Source: Tubiluchus corallicola (Eukaryota > Animalia > Priapulida). From it: a DNA stretch of 64,000 nt. The notes beneath the pieces were generated by a model. That model was not told the DNA's origin, ran no database searches, and saw only the letters and a program-made list of their open reading frames with translations. The stretch is taken from the NCBI GenBank assembly GCA_030141605.1, contig JAQGDQ010002385.1, forward strand, positions 186,001 through 250,000, in the 5' to 3' direction. Every line of letters starts with the position of its first letter. The stretch's first letter is position 1. This document shows positions 53,776-63,075 of this stretch, in pieces. A program made the position numbers and the translations under genes.

Positions 53776-55326
53776 ATGCTACAAAATACAAAATTCCCTA
53801 ATAAACCCGCTCTAAAACTAATAGACGATGCGCCTGTGACGGTTTCAGAAAAAAAGCCTTTCGAAAACGATTATTTCAATTTTGAAGCCAGCGTTACTCA
53901 CTTATGTTCCATTATTAAGGCGTTTAATTCGCCCTTCACAATTGGCGTTTATGGACCCTCTGGCGCTGGAAAAACATCCTTTATGAAAATGGTAGAGGCT
54001 GTTTTAAAGTCCGACTCCAACCACGTAAAAACATTTTTCTTTAACGCATGCCAGCATGAAAATAAAAAGCGATTGATTCTGCCACTATTATTTAAACTAA
54101 GCCATAGCGAGCTCGTTAATCAAAAATCCAAAACAGTAGGCAATATTAAAAAAGCAGCCACTATGATAAGCTTGAAAACTTTTGATGCCGATACTAAAAA
54201 ACCCACAGAGCACAATGACATCAACCCTAAGAAAGAAAAAAAGCACAACCGATCCGCTAATAAAACAACAAGCCATAACATGAGCGATAGCATTGACGCA
54301 TGGGTTGATGAAGTTGGAAACTTCAGAGATAATTTTGAAAAACTTACCAGCGAAATTACTAAAAACAACAACAAAACTCGTCGTGGATTAACAGATTCTC
54401 TCACTAAATTGAAAAAATTTATCCATAAAAAAACACAGGATAAAAGAAAAATTAAAAATAGCACTCAATTAACGCATTTAATTAGTGGATTGAAAAAATT
54501 TATTCATGAAATGACTCAAGACAGCCACAAAATTAAAAATAGGCGAAAATTAGTCATTTTTATTGATGACCTTGATCGCTGTTCTCCGGAAAACGCCATT
54601 CAACTGCTTGAGGATATAAAAAACTTTCTATCGGCAAACCACTGTATTTTCGTGATTAGCGCTGACAAGAAAATACTCTCAAAATTTATATATACAAAAT
54701 ACAGAAATGACTTAATTTTAGAATCAGAATATCTAGAAAAAATGGTTGATTTCAGTATTGATATTCCAGAAGAAAAGCTCGATATTCAAAGCATAACAGC
54801 GGATACTTTAGAAGAAAATGTGGAGCGTTTTAAAGACTATATAAAAAAAATCGTCACTGAGATTTACTCCGAGAAATTTTACACCGACAATGAAGAGCGT
54901 TTCTTTGCCTTTATATCTATTCTTAGTTTTTCTAACTTTATCAATCCAAGAAAAATAAAAAAATTACTCTTTCGATACTCTATTTTTTTAATGCAACATG
55001 ATTTCACTCAAAACAAAAATCAATATAATCTCTATATTGTCGTTATGTTACTGATTATCAGAGAGTATTTTTCTGACATTTATAGCCGCAACAGAACAAA
55101 ATTCGACGGATATTTCTTCCCAAGCTGTTATCATGTGGAATCAGAAGAAAAAGAAGAAAAAATCGACATGAGCTATAATGAGATTGCAGTACTTTACGGA
55201 AAAGATATCGCAGAGCTCTTCTGTAACCATCAGTATATTTTTAAGTCTATGCAGCATTCTAACAAAGATCTTAAAATATATTATAATTTAATCGATTCCC
55301 TCTTTAGTTTAAAAATTAATCTATAA
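53776..55326 (+). CDS. KAP-family P-loop NTPase (no TM helices seen)
   Basis: PFTIGVYGPSGAGKTS (Walker A), FNA, LVIFIDDLDRC (Walker B), YLEKMVD, NPRKIK. Confidence 0.88.
   Translation: MLQNTKFPNKPALKLIDDAPVTVSEKKPFENDYFNFEASVTHLCSIIKAFNSPFTIGVYGPSGAGKTSFMKMVEAVLKSDSNHVKTFFFNACQHENKKRLILPLLFKLSHSELVNQKSKTVGNIKKAATMISLKTFDADTKKPTEHNDINPKKEKKHNRSANKTTSHNMSDSIDAWVDEVGNFRDNFEKLTSEITKNNNKTRRGLTDSLTKLKKFIHKKTQDKRKIKNSTQLTHLISGLKKFIHEMTQDSHKIKNRRKLVIFIDDLDRCSPENAIQLLEDIKNFLSANHCIFVISADKKILSKFIYTKYRNDLILESEYLEKMVDFSIDIPEEKLDIQSITADTLEENVERFKDYIKKIVTEIYSEKFYTDNEERFFAFISILSFSNFINPRKIKKLLFRYSIFLMQHDFTQNKNQYNLYIVVMLLIIREYFSDIYSRNRTKFDGYFFPSCYHVESEEKEEKIDMSYNEIAVLYGKDIAELFCNHQYIFKSMQHSNKDLKIYYNLIDSLFSLKINL
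54409..54541 (+). repeat. Degenerate direct repeat (81-bp period) in the KAP insert
   Basis: LKKFIHKKTQDKRKIKN vs LKKFIHEMTQDSHKIKN; both copies begin TTGAAAAAATTTAT. Confidence 0.8.
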
Positions 55327-55533
55327 CCTGCTGAAACTATCGATCTCATGAATATATTTATCCTGCAAAATGAGAACCCCTGTCGCTTTGCAACACACAG
55401 CAAAATTATTTGCTATAACGGTAACAATATCTTATAGTTATTCTAAAGTTTACAGAAAAACTATACATTCTTTTATTCTGGTATTATTATCATATTAAAT
55501 ATGATATCAGAATATTGATCATTGGAGTCCGTT

Positions 55534-56085
55534 ATGTTTCAAGTTAGATTTCATGGCCGCGGAGGCCAGGGCGTTGTTACAGCCGCTGTTCTTTTGTCCA
55601 TTGCTACTTTTAAGGAAGGGCACCACGCACAGGCTACGCCAAGCTTTGGTTCAGAACGAACAGGAGCCCCCGTTGTCTCCTACTGTCGTATTGATGATAA
55701 GGAGATTCGTTCACGTGAACCTATTATGCAGCCCGACGCTGTTATTATTCAAGATCCAACCCTTCTTCATTCTATCGATGTTTTTGAAGGGCTTAAAGAA
55801 ACAGGATATGCTATTATTAACTCTTCCAAAAACACAAAAGAGCTCGGTATTGAAGAACAAATCTCCTATCTTAAGAAAGATAGGATTTTTTGTATCGACG
55901 CAACACGAATCGCTATGAAACATATCGGTAGACCTCTTCCGAACGCTGTTCTTCTTGGCGCTTTTGCAGCTTGCTCGAAGCTTCTTAAAATCGAATCGGT
56001 CGAGCAGGCTATTGTTGACCGGCTTCCTGGCAGAATCGGCGAAAGCAATGTCGCTGCCGCTCGTAACGCTTTTAACAGTTTCTAA
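55534..56085 (+). CDS. 2-oxoacid:acceptor oxidoreductase gamma subunit
   Basis: RFHGRGGQGVVTAA, PSFGSERTGAPV, PNAVLLGA. Confidence 0.93.
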   Translation: MFQVRFHGRGGQGVVTAAVLLSIATFKEGHHAQATPSFGSERTGAPVVSYCRIDDKEIRSREPIMQPDAVIIQDPTLLHSIDVFEGLKETGYAIINSSKNTKELGIEEQISYLKKDRIFCIDATRIAMKHIGRPLPNAVLLGAFAACSKLLKIESVEQAIVDRLPGRIGESNVAAARNAFNSF

Positions 56086-56106
56086 TCAGTTTAAGGATCA
56101 TAAACA

Positions 56107-57351
56107 ATGCTAAAACAAATTGAAGGGTCCCAAGCCGTCGCAGAAGCCGTCGCTCTTTGTCGACCTGAAGTCATCTGTGCTTATCCCATCTCTCCCCAAA
56201 CACATATCGTTGAAGGGCTCGGGAAAATCGTCAAAAGTGGAAGACTCCCCCATTGCGAATTCGTCAATGTTGAATCAGAGCATTCCGCCCTTTCTGTCGC
56301 TATCGGCTCCTCCGCCGCAGGCGCGAGATCCTATACCGCAACGGCAAGTCAGGGATTGCTCTTCATGGCCGAGGCAGTCTATAACGCCGGAGGTCTTGGG
56401 CTTCCGATTGTCATGACAATCGGAAACCGCGCCATCGGCGCTCCCATTAACATCTGGAACGATCATACTGACAGCATGTCTGTACGTGATTCCGACTGGA
56501 TACAACTCTTTGCGGAAACAAACCAGGAAGCTGCAGATCTCCATATCCAAGCTTTCAAGATTGCTGAAGCGATCAGCCTTCCCGTCATGGTCTGTATGGA
56601 TGGATTTATCCTTACACACGCGTACGAGCAAGTTGATATACCAGAGCAAGAGCAAGTCGACCAATTTCTCCCTGCTTTTCAGCCACGCCAAAAGCTGGAC
56701 CCGGAAAATCCATATTCCATTGGCGCAATGGTCGGACCAGAAGCCTTTACAGAAGTTCGCTATCTGTCCCATCTCTCTCACTTAAAAGCACTTGATACCA
56801 TCCCTGAAGTCGCCAAAGAATTCAAAAATACCTTTGGAAGAAACGCAGGCGGGTTACTCCATCACTACAAAATAGATGACGCGGAAACAATTATCATTTC
56901 CATGGGGTCCATAACAGGAACAATCAAAGATACAATTGATATCCTAAGAGAAGAAGGGAAAAAAATAGGCGTTATTAATATATGTTCTTTCAGACCTTTT
57001 CCTCTTCAAGAGCTTGACGAAAAAACAAAACACGCTCGTCATATCGTTGTTGTTGAAAAATCTTTCGCTCCTGTTTTAGGAGGAATCCTTACCAGCGACG
57101 TCAAAGCCGCCATAAAAAACCGCATCCCCGTCTCAACCGTCATTGCCGGCCTCGGCGGACGCGCGATAACCGTTAAGTCCCTTTATGCTCTCTTTATGGA
57201 CGCTGTGCAAGGAAAACTCAAATCCCTGCAATTCCTTGATATCCAAAAAGATCTCGTGCAGCAGGCTATTAAAGACGAGCAAAGAGACACCTCAACGTCA
57301 CACGTCGCACAAGCACTGCAACACGACCTGAAAATAAATACGGTAAGCTAG
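56107..57351 (+). CDS. porA: 2-oxoacid (pyruvate):acceptor oxidoreductase alpha subunit
   Basis: AYPISPQT, ESEH, TATASQGL, NRAIGAPINIWNDH, DGFILTH. Confidence 0.92.
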   Translation: MLKQIEGSQAVAEAVALCRPEVICAYPISPQTHIVEGLGKIVKSGRLPHCEFVNVESEHSALSVAIGSSAAGARSYTATASQGLLFMAEAVYNAGGLGLPIVMTIGNRAIGAPINIWNDHTDSMSVRDSDWIQLFAETNQEAADLHIQAFKIAEAISLPVMVCMDGFILTHAYEQVDIPEQEQVDQFLPAFQPRQKLDPENPYSIGAMVGPEAFTEVRYLSHLSHLKALDTIPEVAKEFKNTFGRNAGGLLHHYKIDDAETIIISMGSITGTIKDTIDILREEGKKIGVINICSFRPFPLQELDEKTKHARHIVVVEKSFAPVLGGILTSDVKAAIKNRIPVSTVIAGLGGRAITVKSLYALFMDAVQGKLKSLQFLDIQKDLVQQAIKDEQRDTSTSHVAQALQHDLKINTVS

Positions 57352-57357
57352 GAGAAG

Positions 57358-58371
57358 ATGGCTATGACAATCGATAAAAAAAACGCATACCCTAAAGGAG
57401 AATTTACCGTCGGGAATCGCTTTCTTGATCAAGAGCAATGCCCTGTACAATCCAAGCAAAACCGGCCAAATTCTCTTACATCCGGCCACAGAGCCTGCCA
57501 AGGATGCGGAGAAGCCCTTGGCGCAAGAGCCGCTATAGACGCTGCTATGGAAGCCACAGGAAATAAGATTATCGCCTGTAACGCCACAGGATGCCTTGAA
57601 GTTTTCTCAACACCCTATCCAGAAACATCTTGGAATATCCCATGGATACATTCCCTTTTCAGCAACGCTCCAGCCGTCGCGACAGGTGTCGCTGCCGCTC
57701 TTAAAGCAAAAGGAAACACCGATACAAGAGTCATCTCCCAAGGAGGTGATGGTAGTACTGTCGATATCGGCTTTGGATGCCTCTCTGGAATGTTTGAGCG
57801 AAACGATGACGTTCTTTATATATGCTACGATAATGAAGCCTATATGAATACTGGTGTACAGCGTTCATCCGCGACACCACCAACGGCAAGAACCGCAACA
57901 ACAATGGCTATCGGTGAAAATCCTGGCAACCCATTTGATATCGGAAAAAATCTTCCCCTTATCGCAATGGCGCACAAAATCCCTTACGTCGCAACAGCAA
58001 CCGTCAGTGATCTTCGAGACTTGGAAAATAAAGTCAAAAAAGCCATGGCAATACGAGGCGCCCGTTATATTCATATACTCGTGCCATGCCCTCTCGGATG
58101 GGGAGCTCCTGCATGTAGCACGCTTCATGTCGCAAGAATGGCAACACAAAGTGGTTTCTTCCCTGTCTTTGAAGCTAAAGATGGAATTGTAACAAAATCC
58201 GAAAAAATTCGACAGTTAATGCCTGTTGACGACTATTTGCGAATACAAAGGCGTTTCTCTCACCTCTTTTCCAAAAAAGGAAATGACGAAAAAAGTATCG
58301 CACAACTACAAGCTATCGCAGACGAAAATATTAAACAGTTTAACCTCTTGCCCGAGGAGAAATTCGCATAA
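57358..58371 (+). CDS. porB: 2-oxoacid:acceptor oxidoreductase beta (TPP-binding) subunit
   Basis: GHRACQGCG, ATGC, GGDG..DIG, DNEAYMNTG.Q.S, PCP.GW. Confidence 0.92.
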   Translation: MAMTIDKKNAYPKGEFTVGNRFLDQEQCPVQSKQNRPNSLTSGHRACQGCGEALGARAAIDAAMEATGNKIIACNATGCLEVFSTPYPETSWNIPWIHSLFSNAPAVATGVAAALKAKGNTDTRVISQGGDGSTVDIGFGCLSGMFERNDDVLYICYDNEAYMNTGVQRSSATPPTARTATTMAIGENPGNPFDIGKNLPLIAMAHKIPYVATATVSDLRDLENKVKKAMAIRGARYIHILVPCPLGWGAPACSTLHVARMATQSGFFPVFEAKDGIVTKSEKIRQLMPVDDYLRIQRRFSHLFSKKGNDEKSIAQLQAIADENIKQFNLLPEEKFA

Positions 58372-60017
58372 TGTCATACAAAAAACCCCCTTTCGCTATT
58401 ACACTAGAAATTGGCTCCAGCCTTAATAATAAAACAGGATCATGGCGAAACGAACGGCCCATATACCTCGATCGCCTCCCTCCCTGTAACGCAGCATGTC
58501 CGGCGGGCGAGAATATTCAAGCTTGGCTGTATCTCGCAGAAGAAGAAAATTATGAAGGCGCATGGAAAGAGATTGTCAAAAACAACCCCTTCCCCGCTAT
58601 CATGGGGCGCGCATGTTACCATACATGTGAGGACGCCTGCAATAGAGCACAACTTGATACAGCCGTTAATATACACGCTGTAGAAAGATTCCTTGGCGAT
58701 ATGGCCATTGAGAAAAAATGGAATATAACACCACAAGAAAACTCATCTCCGAAAAAAATCATGATTGTTGGCGCTGGGCCCGCTGGCCTCTCTGCCGCGT
58801 GGCATCTCGCGCAATATGGGCATAATATTACCTTATATGATAATAAGCCCGCCGTAGGCGGTATGATGCGATTCGGTATCCCCTCATACAGGCTACCACG
58901 CTCGATCATTGACGGAGAGATCCAGCGCCTGATCGATATCGGCGTAAAAATTAACCTTAATACAAATATCGACGCGAGTAAGATAAAACAATTCATGAAA
59001 GCAGAGGGGTTTGACGCATGCTTCCTAGCCTTTGGCGCTCATAGCCCTTTTACACTTCGATTCAGCGCCCCTTATCCAGAGCGAATTTTAGATGCTATCT
59101 CACTCCTTCATCAAATGGAAGTCGACGACATACCTCCTGATATGAGCGGGCAGCATATCCTCGTATACGGTGGTGGAAATACCGCCATTGACGTCGCGAG
59201 AACGGTACGAAGACTCGGCGCGGAAACAACTGTCGTCTATAGACGAACACGGAAACAAATGCCTGCCCACGATTTTGAAGTCGTTGAGGCCATGGAAGAA
59301 GGTATTCAGTTTCTCTTTCTTACAACGATCAAGGAAATGCAAAATAATGGGGATTTCCTTATCGAAAAAATGGAGCTTGACGAATCAGGGTGGCCACAAG
59401 CAACTGGGCAAACCGATACTTTAAAAGGCGATAAACTTATCTGCGCTCTCGGGCAGAATGTTGACTTCTCCGGCCTTGAAACCCTTGAGAATATCGCTAT
59501 TGATGATGGTGTCGTCTCTGTCGACAACACTATGATGACAGGACAAAGCGCCATCTTCGCAGGAGGAGATATGACACCATGCGATAGAACAATCACTGTC
59601 GCTGTTGGGCATGGGAAAAAAGCTGCCCATCATATCCATGCATGGCTTCAAGGCAAAACTTACGAAAAACCAGAAAAACATGAGATTATCGATTATAAAA
59701 ATATGAACTCATGGTACTATCCAAAAGTTGAGCAGGAAAAACAAAATCTCCTGCCCATAGAAAAGCGACAAACCAGCTTTGATGAGGTCTATCAAGGGCT
59801 CACAGAGGAAAACGCATGCTTTGAAGCGAAACGTTGCCTCAGTTGCGGAAACTGCTTTGAATGCGATAACTGCTATGCTATCTGCCCAGATAACGCTGTG
59901 GAAAAGCTTGGAAAAGGGAAACGTTTCTCCTTTAAATACGACTATTGCAAAGGATGCGCGCTCTGCGCGGAAGAATGCCCTTGTGGCGCTATCAAAATGG
60001 CTCCTGAACTCACTTAA
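58371..60017 (+). CDS. GltD/DsrL-like Fe-S flavoprotein fused with a POR delta-type 2x[4Fe-4S] ferredoxin
   Basis: KTGSWRNERP; PPCNAACP..GRAC..CE..C; GAGPAG; GGGNTA; YRR; CLSCGNCFECDNCYAICP; YDYCKGCALCAEECP. Confidence 0.88.
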   Translation: MSYKKPPFAITLEIGSSLNNKTGSWRNERPIYLDRLPPCNAACPAGENIQAWLYLAEEENYEGAWKEIVKNNPFPAIMGRACYHTCEDACNRAQLDTAVNIHAVERFLGDMAIEKKWNITPQENSSPKKIMIVGAGPAGLSAAWHLAQYGHNITLYDNKPAVGGMMRFGIPSYRLPRSIIDGEIQRLIDIGVKINLNTNIDASKIKQFMKAEGFDACFLAFGAHSPFTLRFSAPYPERILDAISLLHQMEVDDIPPDMSGQHILVYGGGNTAIDVARTVRRLGAETTVVYRRTRKQMPAHDFEVVEAMEEGIQFLFLTTIKEMQNNGDFLIEKMELDESGWPQATGQTDTLKGDKLICALGQNVDFSGLETLENIAIDDGVVSVDNTMMTGQSAIFAGGDMTPCDRTITVAVGHGKKAAHHIHAWLQGKTYEKPEKHEIIDYKNMNSWYYPKVEQEKQNLLPIEKRQTSFDEVYQGLTEENACFEAKRCLSCGNCFECDNCYAICPDNAVEKLGKGKRFSFKYDYCKGCALCAEECPCGAIKMAPELT

Positions 60018-60034
60018 AATTTTCTATAACTGCG

Positions 60035-60068
60035 AAGAATGCCTTACTTGGTAAAGTAGGGCATTTTT
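60035..60068. terminator. Terminator between the POR operon and the convergent MATE gene
   Basis: AAGAATGCCTTACTT-ggta-AAGTAGGGCATTTTT. Confidence 0.75.
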
Positions 60069-61447
60069 TATGCGTCAGGCGTAGAGGACAAAGCGTTTTT
60101 AGAAAATCTATGAAAAAGGTATGCCTGAACTAAAAAGCATAACCATGTCGCACTTAAAACAGCATATAAAAGACCCATGATTCTGTAATTCTCATAAATA
60201 GATAAGTACCATCCCAACGGAATCATAAATATAAAAAAGCAAACAAAAAACACCAACGTGACAAGCCAGTTTTTACCGCATGCTCTTAGAGCATGCGATA
60301 AAACCGCCTGGCCACCATCCGAAATAAAAATAAACGACCCTACAAAAATCGCTGGAACAAACACCATAAAAAATTCCGCCTCAGCATCACCTGCCAGCAA
60401 TTCCGCAACCTTCCAAGGAAATAGCCAGACAAATACACTTACAATAGCAGCCAAAACAACGTTTAAAAATAAACCAACCCACCCCGCAATCTGGACATCA
60501 TGAAAGTCGTTTTTCGCAAACGCAATTCCTATTCGTATCGTTGTTGCGGCTCCCAAGCCAAGCGCTATCATAAATACCGTCCCTAAAACAATCATCACAA
60601 GAGACCATATTCCCATATCAATAACGCCAAGACTGCCCGCCATCAACCCCATCGCAGAAAATGATCCTGACTCTAAAAATAATGTCATGCTCGCCGCATA
60701 GCCAATATTGCGTAACTCTTTCCACTCTTTCCAGCGCATCTTCACACGTTTGCGAATACCATAACGCACATGGTCTTTCAAAAACCACACCCACGAAAAA
60801 GAAACAACCGCTAAAACAATACGAACCAGCGTTGTCGCCCACGCAGAGCCCATTCCTCCCATTTCCGGCGCGCCCAAATTCCCGTAAATCAAAGCCCAGT
60901 TTAATATTACATTTGCAATATTCGCCAGCAACATAATAAACAAACCAGGGTTCGGTCGCTTGATTCCCTCAAGGAAGCTGATGTTCGCAATGAAAATAAG
61001 ATTAAACAAAATACTCACCGATAAAACCCAAATCGCCTTACTCGCATTGTCAATCAAATCAGGCGTTTGATGCGTCAGGTGAAGAAATATACGACAAAAA
61101 GGAATAAATAAAAAACACATAAGGCCAACAAAAATCGCCCATTTCACGGCTTGCCACCAAATCTTACCGCAGCCTTCCCAATCTCCCGCGCCAAATAAAC
61201 GAGAAACCAAAACCGTCACACCAACCATCATGCCAATCGCTGTTACAAGAATAATGCCAATAACCGTATTACTTATTCCAAGCCAAGCAAGATCAAATTT
61301 GCTGTAGTGCGCAACCATTGTTGTATCAACAATCGCAAGAGTCATCATCCCTAAACGTGAAAAAACAATCGGCACCGAAAGCATAATTGTCTCGATAATA
61401 TGATTTTTGACAATATGATAACGAAAAAAAACACCCATAACACACAA
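60068..61447 (-). CDS. MATE family efflux transporter
   Basis: About 12 TM segments; VDTTMV, FLEGIKRP, NVILNWALIYGNLGAPEMG..GSAWAT, DGGQAV. Start uncertain. Confidence 0.92.
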   Translation of the reverse strand: MCVMGVFFRYHIVKNHIIETIMLSVPIVFSRLGMMTLAIVDTTMVAHYSKFDLAWLGISNTVIGIILVTAIGMMVGVTVLVSRLFGAGDWEGCGKIWWQAVKWAIFVGLMCFLFIPFCRIFLHLTHQTPDLIDNASKAIWVLSVSILFNLIFIANISFLEGIKRPNPGLFIMLLANIANVILNWALIYGNLGAPEMGGMGSAWATTLVRIVLAVVSFSWVWFLKDHVRYGIRKRVKMRWKEWKELRNIGYAASMTLFLESGSFSAMGLMAGSLGVIDMGIWSLVMIVLGTVFMIALGLGAATTIRIGIAFAKNDFHDVQIAGWVGLFLNVVLAAIVSVFVWLFPWKVAELLAGDAEAEFFMVFVPAIFVGSFIFISDGGQAVLSHALRACGKNWLVTLVFFVCFFIFMIPLGWYLSIYENYRIMGLLYAVLSATWLCFLVQAYLFHRFSKNALSSTPDA

Positions 61448-61722
61448 CCATAACCATAAAAAAATTAAGCCAATTGAAAATCAACACGAGAAAAACAACA
61501 ACCGGTATAATCGGTAAAATAAAAACTATTGAAAAAAATAAGAAAAAATAAAGTGACCAACGCCTACCCTATCGCGCCCCTTCTAAACAGGCTGCATATT
61601 TATCACCCCTTATGAAACAAGTCAACCCTTTAATTTCTTCAATATCAGAATAGAGTAACCTTTTGTAGCTTATTAATATATCCACACGTAAAATCTCTAC
61701 CCTTATTCATAATAAAGTAAAA

Positions 61723-62619
61723 CTACTTTTTCATCAACGGGTGCTTTCTCTCAACGAGCTCACGAAGACGCGTATCTAAAATATGTGTATAAATTTGCGT
61801 CGTTGAAATATCCGAATGCCCCAAAAGGTATTGCAAGCTCTTTAAATCCGCACCATTTTCCAACAAATGGCTAGCAAAAGAATGTCGCAAAATATGCGGA
61901 GAGACTCTCTCAGTAGGAATATTAGCCAAAACCGCAAGCGCGGACAATAATTGAAAAAAACGATGTCGCGTTAAATGACCACTCTTGCCACGAGAAGGAA
62001 AAAGCCACGGAGATTTACACATTCCTTTCTTATCCAATGTACAGGTCGGCGCAAGAATATGCCGAACAGAAAGCCATCTGTCAACAGCTTCTCGAGCCGT
62101 CTCTCCCAACGGCAAAAGGCGCTCCTTATTCCCCTTTCCCTTGACAAGAACAGTATCCTTATCACGCGAAAAAGAAGATAATTGAAAATTCATAAGCTCC
62201 GAAACTCGAATGCCCGTCGCATATAAAAGCTCTAAAAGCGCCATCATTCGTATACCTGCTGGAGTTTGATCCTGAGCCGCAGTATCAAACAATAATGACA
62301 CCTCATCCATTGTTAAGAATTTCGGCAAAGACTTACTGCTTTTCTGCGCTTCAATATGCAAGCAGGGATTATCCTTCCTATATCCCTCTGTATAAATAAA
62401 GCGATAAAATTGACGAAGCGTAGATAAACGACGGCAACATGTCGCCGCAGACATGCCCGAAAGAGAGAGGCTCTTCAGCCAACCGGTAATATGATCCTTT
62501 CTCGCCGCCTCTAAAGAAACGGCAGGTTTTCGGTTGCTCAGCCATATAGAAAATTGCATCAAATCACAGCTATACGCCTCAAGCGTATTATGTGTAACCC
62601 CCCGCTCAGCAGCAGTCAT
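61723..62619 (-). CDS. xerD: Tyrosine recombinase XerD (true start may lie upstream)
   Basis: LYATGIRVSEL, GKGNKER, SPHILRHSFASHLL, LLGHSDISTTQIYTH; usual xerD/aroK-aroB synteny. Confidence 0.92.
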   Translation of the reverse strand: MTAAERGVTHNTLEAYSCDLMQFSIWLSNRKPAVSLEAARKDHITGWLKSLSLSGMSAATCCRRLSTLRQFYRFIYTEGYRKDNPCLHIEAQKSSKSLPKFLTMDEVSLLFDTAAQDQTPAGIRMMALLELLYATGIRVSELMNFQLSSFSRDKDTVLVKGKGNKERLLPLGETAREAVDRWLSVRHILAPTCTLDKKGMCKSPWLFPSRGKSGHLTRHRFFQLLSALAVLANIPTERVSPHILRHSFASHLLENGADLKSLQYLLGHSDISTTQIYTHILDTRLRELVERKHPLMKK

Positions 62620-62700
62620 CTCTAAAAAAGACCCAATTTGCGGAGACGCAAGTTTATCCTTACTCTGTAATATCTGTTTTATTTTTATGCGATTAAACCT

Positions 62701-62838
62701 TTAAAGAAAATCACTATCCGATAAAGTAATGACGATTTCCTCCTGATGAGGAGCAATATCCCAAAATACCACATACGTGAAACTCGCTCCCAGTATAAGA
62801 AAAAAACACATAAAAAAGAAATAAAAAAGCCCTTTCAT
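62701..62838 (-). CDS. 45-aa single-TM protein upstream of xerD (absent from the ORF track)
   Basis: Translated by hand: MKGLFYFFFMCFFLILGASFTYVVFWDIAPHQEEIVITLSDSDFL*. Resembles the small membrane ORF usually found between aroK and xerD in Alphaproteobacteria. Confidence 0.7.
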   Translation of the reverse strand: MKGLFYFFFMCFFLILGASFTYVVFWDIAPHQEEIVITLSDSDFL

Positions 62839-63075
62839 AGCCCTGTATAACCCCTTTTAAATTCGCCAATAAACAATATGGCTTGCTATTGCATCCTAAA
62901 TAATTATTCACTCTAAACAATTACTAACTTACTGTAATTTATATAAAACTGTAAAGTAAAAGTTTAAAAAGTAAGTTTTCTTTTTTCTTAAAATATAGTA
63001 TATACTAACTCAATATTAAAACTTTATGAAAAAATTTTTCTTTCCAGTAAGAAACTAAGAATAATAAAAACGATA

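Noticed and set aside
55501-55522. FNR/FixK box upstream of the POR operon
   Set aside because: The TTGAT and ATCA half-sites are not in the TTGAT-N4-ATCAA arrangement.
58371-60017. Calling this gene gltD or dsrL
   Set aside because: No gltB or dsr genes are nearby; it overlaps porB and carries POR-delta motifs.
61723-62619. Tyrosine recombinase as a phage or island integrase
   Set aside because: Size, motifs and aroK-aroB synteny match chromosomal XerD; no att repeats or cargo genes seen.
62714-62920. 68-aa ORF from the track upstream of xerD
   Set aside because: A different frame (62701-62838) gives a more plausible single-TM protein matching the expected syntenic gene.
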